In this document: positions 30,025-40,827 of the stretch, in pieces
Numbering within the stretch: position 1 is the first letter of the stretch
Layout: the number at the start of each line of letters is the position of its first letter
Assembly (NCBI GenBank): GCA_944393315.1
Contig: CALXZT010000003.1
Span: 1 to 52,005, forward strand
DNA length: 52,005 nucleotides
Direction: 5' to 3'
Source of the DNA: an uncultured Clostridia bacterium
GTDB lineage: Bacteria; Bacillota; Clostridia; TANB77; CAG-508
The notes under the pieces: model-generated
The model's database searches: none
What the model was told of the DNA's origin: nothing
Seen by the model: the letters and a program-made list of their open reading frames with translations, nothing else
Program-made: the position numbers and the translations under genes

Positions 30025-30582
30025 ATGATAGGTTGGATTATTTTTGGAATCATTGTAGTTATTGTAATTTATGTTATTTCTGTTTACAATAGTCTAAAAA
30101 CTATCGAGAATAGAGTTGAAAATGCTTGGAGTCAAATTGATGTTCAACTTCAAAGAAGATTTGATTTAATTCCTAATTTTGTTGAAACAGTTAAGGGCTA
30201 TATGAATCATGAATCTGAAACTTTTGCAAAGATTGCTGAACTTAGAACTTCATGGGCAAACACTAATTCAGTATCTGAAAAGGCTAATATTGATAATCAA
30301 TTATCTAGTGCCCTAAAAACTATTATGGCTGTTTCTGAAAATTATCCAGATCTTAAATCAAATCAAAACTTTTCAGAATTATCAGAAGAATTACGTAACA
30401 CGGAAAATAAAATTTCTTTTTCAAGACAATTTTATAATGATACTGTTACAAAGTTTAATACTAAATTAGAATTATTTCCTAGTAATATAATTGCTGGTAT
30501 CTTTAATTTTAAACAAAAAGATTTATTTGAAGTTGATAATGCAGAAGCTAGAAAAAATGTTAAAGTTGATTTTGGAAAATAA
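30025..30582 (+). CDS. lemA: LemA family protein
   Basis: YNSL...AWSQIDVQLQRRFDLIPN, ENYPDLKS, ENKISFSRQFYN, FPSNIIA. Confidence 0.95.
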   Translation: MIGWIIFGIIVVIVIYVISVYNSLKTIENRVENAWSQIDVQLQRRFDLIPNFVETVKGYMNHESETFAKIAELRTSWANTNSVSEKANIDNQLSSALKTIMAVSENYPDLKSNQNFSELSEELRNTENKISFSRQFYNDTVTKFNTKLELFPSNIIAGIFNFKQKDLFEVDNAEARKNVKVDFGK

Positions 30583-30625
30583 AGGGATAAGGGATTAAGA
30601 GGGCAGGTTATTTCTTGCTCTCTTT

Positions 30626-30726
30626 TTGGAAAAAGAGGATAGTTCTCTTTTCTAACCTTTCTTAAATTTAATTTAAATTAATAATATACTTTTAAAAATT
30701 GGAAAAGAGAACTGTCCCCTTTTCCA
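30626..30726. repeat. Inverted pair of REP-like palindromes between lemA and htpX
   Basis: 30626-30655 reverse complement TTAGAAAAGAGAACTATCCTCTTTTTCCAA matches 30699-30726 TTGGAAAAGAGAACTGTCCCCTTTTCCA. Confidence 0.7.
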
Positions 30727-30741
30727 GAAAGGAAAATTTAT

Positions 30742-31650
30742 ATGTTTGAAACTATTCGTAAAAACAAAATAGAATCTATGGCAATTGTATTTGCCTTTAT
30801 AGTAGTTATCACATTAATTTTATACTATATTTTTATGGCACTAAATTTCGGAACTATGGCTATTGTTTTAGCTTTGATATTTTCTATTGGTTCTGCTTGG
30901 GGTTCATATTATTATAGTGATAAAATTATTTTAAGTATGAATAAAGCAAGACCTGCTACAAAAGAAGAGAATTTAAAGTTAGTAAATATATTAGATGCTT
31001 TAATGGTTTCTTCTGGGCTTCAGCATCGTCCTCAACTTTATGTTGTAGAGGATTCTCAGCCAAATGCTTTTGCTACTGGCCGTGACCCAGAGCATTCTGT
31101 AATTTGTGTGACTACCGCTTTACTTGAAAAATTGGATTACTATGAATTAGAGGGAGTTATTGCTCATGAAATGGGCCACATTAGAAATTATGATATACGT
31201 CTTTCTGCAATTGTTACAGTTATGGTAGGATTTGTAGTTATGCTTTCAGATATATTTTCTAGAGCTTTATTTTGGGGAGGCATTAGAGATAGAGATGATG
31301 ATTCCGGCAGAGGAAATGCAATTTTAATGCTTATAGGATTGATATTTTTAATTTTATCTCCTATTTTTGGCAAACTTATGCAACTTGCTATTTCTAGGAA
31401 AAGAGAGTTTATGGCAGATGCTACTGCAGTCGAGTTTACTAGAAATCCTGAAGGGTTAATTTCCGCTTTGCAAAAATTAGAATCAGACCCTAATGAACTT
31501 GAAAATGCAAATAATAGTACTGCTCATATGTATATTGTTAGTCCTTTTAGAGCTAATGCTGTAAATTCTAAAAAGAAGAGAACTACTAGCATTTGGTCTA
31601 CTCACCCTAGTACTTCTGATAGAATTGCAGCTTTGAGAAATTTAGAATAA
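30742..31650 (+). CDS. htpX: M48 zinc metalloprotease HtpX
   Basis: PNAFATG, AHEMGH, SRKREFMAD, STHP...RI. Confidence 0.93.
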   Translation: MFETIRKNKIESMAIVFAFIVVITLILYYIFMALNFGTMAIVLALIFSIGSAWGSYYYSDKIILSMNKARPATKEENLKLVNILDALMVSSGLQHRPQLYVVEDSQPNAFATGRDPEHSVICVTTALLEKLDYYELEGVIAHEMGHIRNYDIRLSAIVTVMVGFVVMLSDIFSRALFWGGIRDRDDDSGRGNAILMLIGLIFLILSPIFGKLMQLAISRKREFMADATAVEFTRNPEGLISALQKLESDPNELENANNSTAHMYIVSPFRANAVNSKKKRTTSIWSTHPSTSDRIAALRNLE

Positions 31651-31666
31651 ATTTTATTTTGTTCAA

Positions 31667-31699
31667 AATAAAGAGGGTGTCCTAGGAACCCTCTTTATT
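31667..31699. terminator. Bidirectional terminator between htpX and smc
   Basis: AATAAAGAGGGT / ACCCTCTTTATT. Confidence 0.7.
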
Positions 31700-34600
31700 A
31701 TTTAAGTTTCATAGAAAGTAATTTAGAAATGCCTTTTTCCTCCATTGTAACACCATAAACTGTATCTGCTGCTTCCATAGTTCCTTTTCTATGTGTAATT
31801 ATTAAAAATTGTGTATTGTTAGAAAACTTTTTTAAATATTCTGCATATCTATAAACATTCACATCATCTAGTGCTGCTTCTATTTCATCAAGAACACAGA
31901 ATGGAGCTGGATTTATTTTTAATATTGCAAATAAAATAGCAATTGCAGTAAATGCCTTTTCTCCTCCTGATAGAAGCATCATGTTTTGTAACTTTTTCCC
32001 TGGTGGTTGAACTGTTATATCAATTCCAGACTCTAATATATTTTCTTCATCTGTTAAAGTTATTTCTGCTTTTCCTCCACCAAATAGCTCAGAAAATACT
32101 TCTTTAAAATTTTTATTAATTAATTCAAATTTAACTTTAAATTGTTCCTTCATTAAACTTGTCATATCAGATATTACATTTCTTAATTTAGCTGTTGTAT
32201 TTTCTAAATCTAACCTTTGCTCACACATAAAATCATATCTGTTTTTTAAATTTGCATATTCTTCAATTGAATCTATATTTACACTTCCTAAATCTTTTAT
32301 ATCTGATCTTAAGTTGTTAACTCGTTTTTGTGTGTTTGCTATATTCTCCGGCTTTTTATAGTCTTTAGCTGCATTTGGCGTTAACTCATATTCTTCCCAC
32401 ATTCTATTGATTTCTTCATCTAAGCCTTCTTCTGTTTTAGTTTTCTTTACTTCTAACTTAACAATTTGTGCTTTTAATTCTTCTATCAATTTAAATTGTG
32501 CAGTTTGTTCTTCTTCTTTTTTTGCTAATGTTTCGTTTTTTTCCAGTCTTTGAGTCTTTAATTTTTCAATTGTATCTCCACTATTTTGAACCTCTTCTTT
32601 TATTTTTTTGATTTTTTCTTCAAAATTTTTGATGTTATTATCTAGAGTTTCATTGTCTATTTTTAATTGTTCTATTTGACTTTCTTTGGTTTTTAATGAC
32701 TGTTTATTTTCTTCTATTTCCTCATTAATTCTTTTTTCTAGCTCTACTATTGAAACTTCACTTTCATCAAATGATGATACTGAGATTTTTAAATCAGTAA
32801 TATCTACATTTAGGTCATCTATATATTTTTGATTATCTTTATTTAATTTTGCATATTCGCTTATTTCTTGAGATAGATTATTATTAATAGCTGTTAATTC
32901 TTGTATTTCTTTTTCTTTTTTAATCTTTTCTTCTATAATTATTTCTATTTGAGTTTCGATATTTGCCAACTCTTCTCTTGATTTTTTCAGCTTATTTGAT
33001 AGTCTTTCTATATTCTCATCGATTGAAATTATTCTTTGCCTTTCAGTTGCATAAGTAATTTCCACTTCTTTTATGTTGTCTTCAAGTGCTTGTACTTCTT
33101 TAACAATATCCTCATTTGAAGAAATATAATCTTCTTTTTCTTTCTCAATTTTTGCAAGTTTTTGTTTAAGCTCCTTAAGCTCTTTTTCTAATTTTTCTAT
33201 CTCTCTGCTTCTGCCTAAAATATTTACTGTCTTTTTGGCAATTGAACCACCTGTAATTAATCCTGATGGATTTATAATGTCTCCCTGTAATGTAATAATT
33301 CTATAAGCATATCCTTCTGATTTTGCTACTGCTATAGCTGTTTGCATCGTATCAACTACAACTGTTCTTCCAAGTAGGTTTAATATGATTTGCTCATATT
33401 TTTTATCAAATTCTACTAAATCAGAAGCTATTCCTATTATTCCTTTTTCTTTGCTTTTTATTTTTTCAAGTTTTTTTCCTTTTATAGCTGTTAATGGTAA
33501 AAATGATGCTCTACCTAAATTATTTGTTTTCAAATATTCAACTAATTTTTTAGCATCTTCTTCTGTATCTGTAACAATATTTTGTAAACTTGCTCCTAAA
33601 CACATTTCTATAGCGGTTTGATATTTTTCAGGTACTGTTATTATGTTTGCAAGAACTCCATGCATGCCTTTTCCTAATTCTTTTATATTTTCGCAAGCTT
33701 TTAATAAGTCCTTAACACTTTTTATATATCCTTCTTTTTCTCTTTCTGTTTCTATTAAAAATTTTAATTTAGAATCTTTTATTCTGATTTCATTTAATAG
33801 TGTATTGATTCTTGTTTCAAAATCTTTTAATATAGCTTCATTTTCTTCTTTCTTTACTGAGATTTGCTCTAGACTTGCTAATAGCTGGTTTCTTTTATTT
33901 TCAGTTTTTTGGAACTCTTTAGATATCTCTTCTTTTTTGAATCTTGTATTATCTAATTCTGAAATGGTAGAATAATTTTCTTGCTCTAATTGTTTTTTTC
34001 GCTTTTCTAGATTGTCTTTATTAGCATTTAGTGTACTTATTTGTGTTTGATATTCATATTTTGACTCTATATTTTTTTCTACATTTCTTTTCTTTTCTTC
34101 TATTGCAAGTTCTTTTTCTGATAATTTTTCTGTAATCTTCTTTAATTCTTCTTCTTTTTCTTTTAGTTCTTTTTCAAATTTAGCTTTGTTTTGTTTTAAG
34201 CTTTCTTTTCTTTTATTTTTTTGTTCTTTTTCTTCTGTTAATTCTTGCACTTTACTTGTATTTTCTTTTATTTCAGCTTTAAGTCTTTCGATATTTTCTA
34301 GATTATTTTGTATTTTTGTATTTGATACATTTATTTCTGAGTTTAGTCTTTCAATTTCGTGCCTACTTTCAAAACCAAGATTTTGTGTTTTTTCTATATT
34401 GGCTGTTATTTCGTCAATTTCTGATTTTAATTCTTCTTTCAAAATACTTATTTTTTCTAACTTGCCTTCTTCTTGGTTTAGTGTAGAATTCATTATCTCT
34501 TCATCTTGTGATATTTGCTCTAAATTTTGTTTATATTTTTCTATATTATACAAAAATAGCCCTATTTCTATTTCTTTTAATTCATATCTCAAACTCAAGA

Positions 34601-35243
34601 ATCTTTTTGCCTTATCTGATTGATTTTTTAATGGTTCTAAGTTTTGTTCAATCTCTAATAAAATATCATTTATTCTTAATAGGTTTAGTTTTGTTTGCTC
34701 TAGCTTTTTTTCAGTTTCTTCTTTTCTTACTCTATATTTTACTATTCCTGCTGCTTCTTCAAAAATATGCCTTCTGTCTTCTGATTTGTTACTTAGTATT
34801 TCGTCTATTTTGCCTTGACCTATTATTGAATATCCATCTTTACCTATACCTGTATCCATAAATAGTTCTAATACATCTTTTAGCCTGCATGGTGTTTTAT
34901 TTATGTAATAACCTGTTTCTCCACTTCTATATATTTTTCTTGTTACTACAACTTCTGAATATTCTATTGGTAATGTGCCATCTGTGTTGTCAAATACTAA
35001 TGAAGCTTCTGCAAATCCTAAAGATTTTCTATTTTCAGTTCCTGCAAAAATTATATCCATTGATTTTGATCCTCTTAAAGATTTTATACTTTGTTCTCCA
35101 AGTACCCATCTTATCGCATCTGATATATTACTTTTTCCTGAACCATTTGGCCCTATTACACTTGTTATTCCTGGCATAAATTCTAATACTGTTTTGTCTG
35201 CAAAAGATTTAAACCCCTGTAATTCTAGTCTTTTTAAATACAT
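31698..35243 (-). CDS. smc: Chromosome segregation protein SMC
   Basis: GFKSFA, GPNGSGKSN, coiled coils, hinge, LSGGE, LDEIEAALD. Confidence 0.98.
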   Translation of the reverse strand: MYLKRLELQGFKSFADKTVLEFMPGITSVIGPNGSGKSNISDAIRWVLGEQSIKSLRGSKSMDIIFAGTENRKSLGFAEASLVFDNTDGTLPIEYSEVVVTRKIYRSGETGYYINKTPCRLKDVLELFMDTGIGKDGYSIIGQGKIDEILSNKSEDRRHIFEEAAGIVKYRVRKEETEKKLEQTKLNLLRINDILLEIEQNLEPLKNQSDKAKRFLSLRYELKEIEIGLFLYNIEKYKQNLEQISQDEEIMNSTLNQEEGKLEKISILKEELKSEIDEITANIEKTQNLGFESRHEIERLNSEINVSNTKIQNNLENIERLKAEIKENTSKVQELTEEKEQKNKRKESLKQNKAKFEKELKEKEEELKKITEKLSEKELAIEEKKRNVEKNIESKYEYQTQISTLNANKDNLEKRKKQLEQENYSTISELDNTRFKKEEISKEFQKTENKRNQLLASLEQISVKKEENEAILKDFETRINTLLNEIRIKDSKLKFLIETEREKEGYIKSVKDLLKACENIKELGKGMHGVLANIITVPEKYQTAIEMCLGASLQNIVTDTEEDAKKLVEYLKTNNLGRASFLPLTAIKGKKLEKIKSKEKGIIGIASDLVEFDKKYEQIILNLLGRTVVVDTMQTAIAVAKSEGYAYRIITLQGDIINPSGLITGGSIAKKTVNILGRSREIEKLEKELKELKQKLAKIEKEKEDYISSNEDIVKEVQALEDNIKEVEITYATERQRIISIDENIERLSNKLKKSREELANIETQIEIIIEEKIKKEKEIQELTAINNNLSQEISEYAKLNKDNQKYIDDLNVDITDLKISVSSFDESEVSIVELEKRINEEIEENKQSLKTKESQIEQLKIDNETLDNNIKNFEEKIKKIKEEVQNSGDTIEKLKTQRLEKNETLAKKEEEQTAQFKLIEELKAQIVKLEVKKTKTEEGLDEEINRMWEEYELTPNAAKDYKKPENIANTQKRVNNLRSDIKDLGSVNIDSIEEYANLKNRYDFMCEQRLDLENTTAKLRNVISDMTSLMKEQFKVKFELINKNFKEVFSELFGGGKAEITLTDEENILESGIDITVQPPGKKLQNMMLLSGGEKAFTAIAILFAILKINPAPFCVLDEIEAALDDVNVYRYAEYLKKFSNNTQFLIITHRKGTMEAADTVYGVTMEEKGISKLLSMKLK

Positions 35244-35503
35244 TTATTATCACCTTTTTTATCGTTTCTATTACCATTCTATCTATCACAAAATTCATGT
35301 TTTCCATTGTATGTAAATGCATATATTTGCATTATACACTTTCTATTTTTTTATGTCAAACACTTTTTACCTGTTCTACTTTTCTCTTGTTTTATACATA
35401 AATATATTATATTATTTCTTTCGCATAAAAAAATCCTCCTAATCTTTTTATGATTATTAGGAAGGATTTATCTCGATAACTTTTTCAATACTTTTACTCT
35501 TGC

Positions 35504-35779
35504 TTATTTCAATTGAATTGATACTTCTGTTTCAATTGCATCATCAATATATATTGTTACTAACATCTCATCTGCTTCTTTTTGAATTTGTTTTATTTTC
35601 TCTAGATTTAATACCATGTAGTTTTCAGATTTATTGTCTTCCATCATTAGTATATTGTATTTTATATAAAAATTAAATTCCTTCACGCTTGTTTGGCAAG
35701 CCATATACCCACTATTTTTTAATATTACACTTTTTCCTTTAAGTGTTTCTAAAAATGGTATTAATTCCGTTTTTTCCAT
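35504..35779 (-). CDS. Hypothetical protein (91 aa)
   Basis: AAGGGG RBS before ATG 35779; host-like codon usage; no family recognised. Confidence 0.6.
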   Translation of the reverse strand: MEKTELIPFLETLKGKSVILKNSGYMACQTSVKEFNFYIKYNILMMEDNKSENYMVLNLEKIKQIQKEADEMLVTIYIDDAIETEVSIQLK

Positions 35780-35871
35780 AATATTCCCCTTTTCTACATC
35801 CTTGTATAGTACCTGTAAGTACACTGTATATTATTTATACTACACATTTATTTTACTGTCAATGCTATTTT

Positions 35872-36378
35872 TCAATTATTTTTATCAAAGTAGTTACTTA
35901 TTTCTTCAAGTCCTTCAAAATTTATTTGCCTAAACACATCATATGCTACAATGGCAACTGAATTTGATAAATTTAATGATCTTAGCGTTTTTCTCATAGG
36001 TATTCGGATTGTTTTTCTAATATATTTTTTCAATATATCTTCTGATAATCCCTTAGTCTCTTTACCAAACAGTAAAAATACTTCATCAAAACTTGAATAA
36101 TCAATTTCACTATATACTTTTTTACCTTTTGTTGTAACAAAAAACATATTATGTTCTTCTGGTTTGTACTTTTCTAAAAAGTCTTTAAAAGTATTATGTT
36201 CTTCTATATCTAATTTATCCCAATAATCTAACCCTGCTCTTCTTACTTGTTTTTCAGAAATGCTAAATCCTAGTGGATATACTAAATGTAACTTAGCCCC
36301 TATTGCTGCACAAGTTCTTGCTATATTTCCTGTATTTTGTGGTATTTCTGGTTCTACTAATACTATATTTAATTTCAT
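35872..36378 (-). CDS. trmL: tRNA (cytidine/uridine-34 2'-O)-methyltransferase
   Basis: PEIPQNTGNIARTC, RAGLDYW, FGKETKGL, RSLNLSN. Confidence 0.93.
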   Translation of the reverse strand: MKLNIVLVEPEIPQNTGNIARTCAAIGAKLHLVYPLGFSISEKQVRRAGLDYWDKLDIEEHNTFKDFLEKYKPEEHNMFFVTTKGKKVYSEIDYSSFDEVFLLFGKETKGLSEDILKKYIRKTIRIPMRKTLRSLNLSNSVAIVAYDVFRQINFEGLEEISNYFDKNN

Positions 36379-36420
36379 TTTTGCTATAAGTCAATTTTAT
36401 AATTAACTTATTTTCCTCCT

Positions 36421-37212
36421 TTATTTTGTTAATTTTTGTCTTACATATTCATAAAGTATAATTCCAGTTGCAACTGAAACGTTTAAGCTCTCTGTTGTTC
36501 CAAGCATTGGAATCTTTGCTTTTAAATCAGCCATATCTTGTATTTCTTTAGATACTCCATTTGCTTCATTACCAATTACAATAACTTTTTTATTGTATTT
36601 TATTTCATAAATACTACTGTTTGTTTGTAAAGATGTTACTAAAAGGTCATAATTATTTCTTTTTATCATTTTAATTGTTTCTTTTAAGTCTTCTACATCT
36701 ATTACCTCGACTCTAAAAATTGCTCCCATACTTGAGCGAACCACTTTTGGATTATAAACATCTGCTGTTCCTTTAGATACTATTAATTGTTTTAAACCAA
36801 CACTATCTACTGTCCTTAAAATTGTTCCTAAATTGCCAGGATCTTGAATGTCATCTAAAGCTACTATTATGTCTTCATCATATTTAATTAAAGACCTTTC
36901 TTGATTTTTCTTTATAACTGCTAATATTCCTTGTGGATTCATTACTTGTGTTAATGATTTGAATATTTTTTCTGTTACATATATGCAATCATGTTTTGCT
37001 ATTTCATACATTAAGCTTTTAGAAATTTCTGATGTTTTTGTTGATTCCTCACAAATTATTATTTTTTCAATTTGTGCTTCTTCTTTTATCGCTTCTTCTA
37101 CTAGTTTTATTCCTTCAACTATATAACAATTGTTTTGGTCTCTATACTTCTTATCTGATAACTTTTTTATGTGTTTTACTATCTCATTATCTTTGCTTGT
37201 AATTAATTGCAT
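36421..37212 (-). CDS. TrmH/SpoU family RNA methyltransferase
   Basis: IQDPGNLGTILRT, RSSMGA, GNEANG, ESLNVSVA. Confidence 0.92.
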   Translation of the reverse strand: MQLITSKDNEIVKHIKKLSDKKYRDQNNCYIVEGIKLVEEAIKEEAQIEKIIICEESTKTSEISKSLMYEIAKHDCIYVTEKIFKSLTQVMNPQGILAVIKKNQERSLIKYDEDIIVALDDIQDPGNLGTILRTVDSVGLKQLIVSKGTADVYNPKVVRSSMGAIFRVEVIDVEDLKETIKMIKRNNYDLLVTSLQTNSSIYEIKYNKKVIVIGNEANGVSKEIQDMADLKAKIPMLGTTESLNVSVATGIILYEYVRQKLTK

Positions 37213-37243
37213 TTTTTCCTCCTTTCTTAATTTATTTATGCAT

Positions 37244-40200
37244 TTATAAGTTTTTTAAAAATTCTTTTATTTCTTTTAGCACTTTTATATCTTCGTTATA
37301 ACTTAATGATAATGTTACCATAGGCTTTAATCCAGGTGAAAATCTTATTTTGTTCTTATATGTTTTTAAAAGTTCACTTATATCTATTTTAAAGCTTTCG
37401 CTTTCAAAACTAAATACTGCAAATCCTTTTTTGCTTGATATTTTTGTTACACCTTTTTCTTTGCATAAACTTTTTATTCTGGCTATTTCTATTAAATTTA
37501 TTAATTCACTTGGTATATTACCAAATCTGTCAATTACCTCATCTATTACATTTTGGATGTCTTCTTCTGTTCTGCATAATGCTATGTCTTGGTAAACCTC
37601 GATTTTTTGGCTTGAATCAGAAATATAACTATCAGGTATATAACTTGTTACATCAATATCAATTTGAACTTCTATTTCCTTTTTTATTTCTTTTCCTTGT
37701 ATTTCACTTATTACCTCATTTAATAAATTGCAATATGTATCATATCCAACCTGTTCTATATGTCCATGTTGTATTTCTCCTAAAAGACTACCTGCTCCTC
37801 TTATTTCTAAATCTCTCATTGCTATTTTAAATCCTGCTCCAAATTCTGTAAATTCTTTTATAGCTTTTAACCTTTTATCTGCGACTTCTGATAGTAGTTT
37901 ATCCCTTTTATATGTTATGTATGCATATGCCTGTCTGTCACTTCTTCCTACTCTTCCTCTTATTTGATATAGCTGTGCTAATCCCATTCTATCCGCATTT
38001 TCAACAATAATAGTATTTGCATTTGGTATGTCTATTCCTGATTCTAAAATTGTTGTACATACTAAGACATTAATTTTTTGCTCTACAAAATCTTCCATTA
38101 TTTCTTCTATTTTTTCTCCAGACATTCTTCCATGGGCATATCCTACTTTGGCTTCTGGTACTAAATCTCTTATTATTTCTGCTTTTCTTTGTATGTTTTC
38201 TACATTATTAAATAAGTAAAATACTTGCCCTCCTCTTTCTAGTTCTTTTGTAATTGCCTCTTTTGCTACTTCTTCATCATATTCTAAAACATAGGTCTGA
38301 ACTGGCTTTCTATTTTGAGGTGGTTCATATATTACAGACATGTCTCTTACTCCAACTATAGACATGTGAAGAGTTCTTGGTATTGGAGTGGCTGTCATTG
38401 TTAGTACATCTATATTTGTTTTGTATTGTTTTATTTTTTCTTTTGCTTTTACTCCAAATCTATGCTCTTCATCTATTATTAATAATCCTAAATCTTTGAA
38501 TTCTATATCTTTACTAAGTATTCTATGAGTTCCTATTACTATATCAATTTCTCCAAGTTTAAGTTTTTTTACTATTTCTTCCTGCTGTTTTGTTGTTTTA
38601 AATCTGTTTAATACTTCTATTTTTATTGGAAATTCTTCCATTCTTTCTTTAAATGATTGATATTGTTGTTGTGCTAAAACTGTTGTTGGAACCAAATATG
38701 CTACTTGCTTTCCTCCCATTACTGCTTTAAAGGCTGCTCTCATAGCCACTTCTGTTTTTCCATATCCAACGTCTCCACATAAAAGTCTGTCCATTGGCTT
38801 TTGTAACTCCATATCTTTTTTAACTTCTTCAATACATCTTAATTGGTCTTCTGTTTCTTGATATGGAAAACTTCCTTCAAATTGTTCTTGCCAAGGTGTA
38901 TCTTTTGGAAATGCAAATCCTATTGCATGTTCTCTTTTTGCATATAATTCGATTAAATCTTTTGCTACTTCTCGTAAGTTTTTCTTTACCTTTGTTTTAG
39001 TATTTATCCATTCTTTGCTTCCGAGTTTGTTTATTTTTAGACTTTGTTCTTCTCCACCTATATATTTTCGTACATTATCTAATTGGTTTGTTGGTACATA
39101 TAAAATATCATCTCCTTGATATTTTATTTTTATATAATCTTTTGTTGTTCCATCTGCTGTGATTGTATTTACTCCAACAAATATTCCTATTCCATAATTA
39201 CTATGTACTACATAGTCTCCTACTTTTAAATCTGCATATACTACTTTTTCACCTTGTTTAAATGCTGAACTTACATGTCTTTTTCTTTTTTCTCCTTCTA
39301 TTATTTCGTTTGCAGATATTACAAATAGTTTTATATCAAAACATTCAAAACCAGAGCTTAGTTTTCCTAGGCTTATTGTTACTACTTGTGATGTGTTTTT
39401 TACTATTATTGTTTTATCTAGTTTTGGTTCATATCTATTTGTGATTTTATTTTCGTCTAAAATATTACATATTTTTTTTGCTTTCTCGCTGTTTTCTACT
39501 AGAATATATATGTTTTTCTGCTCTGCTTTTGCTTTATTTATATCTTTAATTAATTCTTCTGTTTCACTTTTAAAATATCTTTTGTCTTTGTACACAAAAT
39601 TATATTCAGTTGATTGCATTTGTACTGCTTTATCTTGTTTTTCTAAATATACTAGTTGTTTTTTCTCAAGTTTTTCTTCTATTTCACCTATTGTGTACAT
39701 GTTTTTAATTGCATCTGGTACAATTTTTTCTTTTTCTATTAGTAGCTTTTCTATATTTTCGTTATCTTTTTGAATGTTGTTTGCTCTTTGTCTTACTTTT
39801 GATATTTCATCTATAAAGATTATATAATTTTCATTTAAATAGTCTATTAAGTTTGATTGTTCTTTATAAAAGCTGTCAAAGTATTTGTCTATTTTGCTTA
39901 TATAGTTTCCATTTGTTATTTGCTCTATGTCTTGATTTACGTTTTCTTCTAATATGTCATTATATATTTTTTCTTTTATTTTTTTGCATACTTTTTCTCT
40001 TTCCTCTTCTAGAATGTATTCATGTGCAGGATATATTGTAACTTTTTCTATGTTTTCAGTTGACCTTTGACTTACTATGTTAAAATATCTTATAGAATCT
40101 ATTTCATCGCCCCAAAATTCAATTCTTACTCCCTGTTTATCATTTATAGAGATATCTAGAATTCCTCCCCTTATGCTGAATTCGCCTCTACCATCTATTA

Positions 40201-40693
40201 GGTCATATCTTGTGTATCCTAAGTCTATTAATTTTTGTTTTAGGTTTTCTGTTTTGTATATATCTCCTACTTTAAAGTTAATCTCATTTTTATACAAGGT
40301 CTCCTTGGCAGGTATTTTTTGCATTATACTTTCTATGGTAGTTACTACTATTAGATTTTTTTTACTTTTTATTTTATTTAATGCTTCTATTCTTTCATAT
40401 GGCAAATTTTTGCTTTCTGCTACATAGTCATATGTTACTATTTCTTTTTTGGGAAAGTATACTATTTTGTCTGAAAAATATTTTAGGTTTTCTATTATTT
40501 GTTTTGCTTGTATTTCATTATATGTTATTATACATATTGGCTTTTTACTAAATTCTGCTGTTGCACTAGCAAAGTGTGCTTCTCCAACGTCATTTAAGCC
40601 CCATATTGATATAGGGCTTTCTTTTTGTTCTATGTTTTTTATGTATTCACAGAATTTGGGATTTTTTCCTAATTCTCCTAATATTATATTCAT
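37244..40693 (-). CDS. mfd: Transcription-repair coupling factor
   Basis: UvrB-like N-terminus, CarD-like domain, [31 protein letters not shown]. Confidence 0.97.
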   Translation of the reverse strand: MNIILGELGKNPKFCEYIKNIEQKESPISIWGLNDVGEAHFASATAEFSKKPICIITYNEIQAKQIIENLKYFSDKIVYFPKKEIVTYDYVAESKNLPYERIEALNKIKSKKNLIVVTTIESIMQKIPAKETLYKNEINFKVGDIYKTENLKQKLIDLGYTRYDLIDGRGEFSIRGGILDISINDKQGVRIEFWGDEIDSIRYFNIVSQRSTENIEKVTIYPAHEYILEEEREKVCKKIKEKIYNDILEENVNQDIEQITNGNYISKIDKYFDSFYKEQSNLIDYLNENYIIFIDEISKVRQRANNIQKDNENIEKLLIEKEKIVPDAIKNMYTIGEIEEKLEKKQLVYLEKQDKAVQMQSTEYNFVYKDKRYFKSETEELIKDINKAKAEQKNIYILVENSEKAKKICNILDENKITNRYEPKLDKTIIVKNTSQVVTISLGKLSSGFECFDIKLFVISANEIIEGEKRKRHVSSAFKQGEKVVYADLKVGDYVVHSNYGIGIFVGVNTITADGTTKDYIKIKYQGDDILYVPTNQLDNVRKYIGGEEQSLKINKLGSKEWINTKTKVKKNLREVAKDLIELYAKREHAIGFAFPKDTPWQEQFEGSFPYQETEDQLRCIEEVKKDMELQKPMDRLLCGDVGYGKTEVAMRAAFKAVMGGKQVAYLVPTTVLAQQQYQSFKERMEEFPIKIEVLNRFKTTKQQEEIVKKLKLGEIDIVIGTHRILSKDIEFKDLGLLIIDEEHRFGVKAKEKIKQYKTNIDVLTMTATPIPRTLHMSIVGVRDMSVIYEPPQNRKPVQTYVLEYDEEVAKEAITKELERGGQVFYLFNNVENIQRKAEIIRDLVPEAKVGYAHGRMSGEKIEEIMEDFVEQKINVLVCTTILESGIDIPNANTIIVENADRMGLAQLYQIRGRVGRSDRQAYAYITYKRDKLLSEVADKRLKAIKEFTEFGAGFKIAMRDLEIRGAGSLLGEIQHGHIEQVGYDTYCNLLNEVISEIQGKEIKKEIEVQIDIDVTSYIPDSYISDSSQKIEVYQDIALCRTEEDIQNVIDEVIDRFGNIPSELINLIEIARIKSLCKEKGVTKISSKKGFAVFSFESESFKIDISELLKTYKNKIRFSPGLKPMVTLSLSYNEDIKVLKEIKEFLKNL

Positions 40694-40827
40694 GTCTTTC
40701 CTCTTTTTTCTAAAGTTACCATTTTATTATAACATGTTTTTATGAATATAGCAATGATTTGAAGGAAATTAGATACATTCCTAAAAAATTCAATAACCAG
40801 ATGACAACTTTTCCATAATTAAATTTA

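Noticed and set aside
35413-35470. AGGAGG followed by ATG CGA AAG AAA TAA micro-ORF on the - strand
   Set aside because: The SD-like sequence is one arm of a terminator hairpin; four codons give no support
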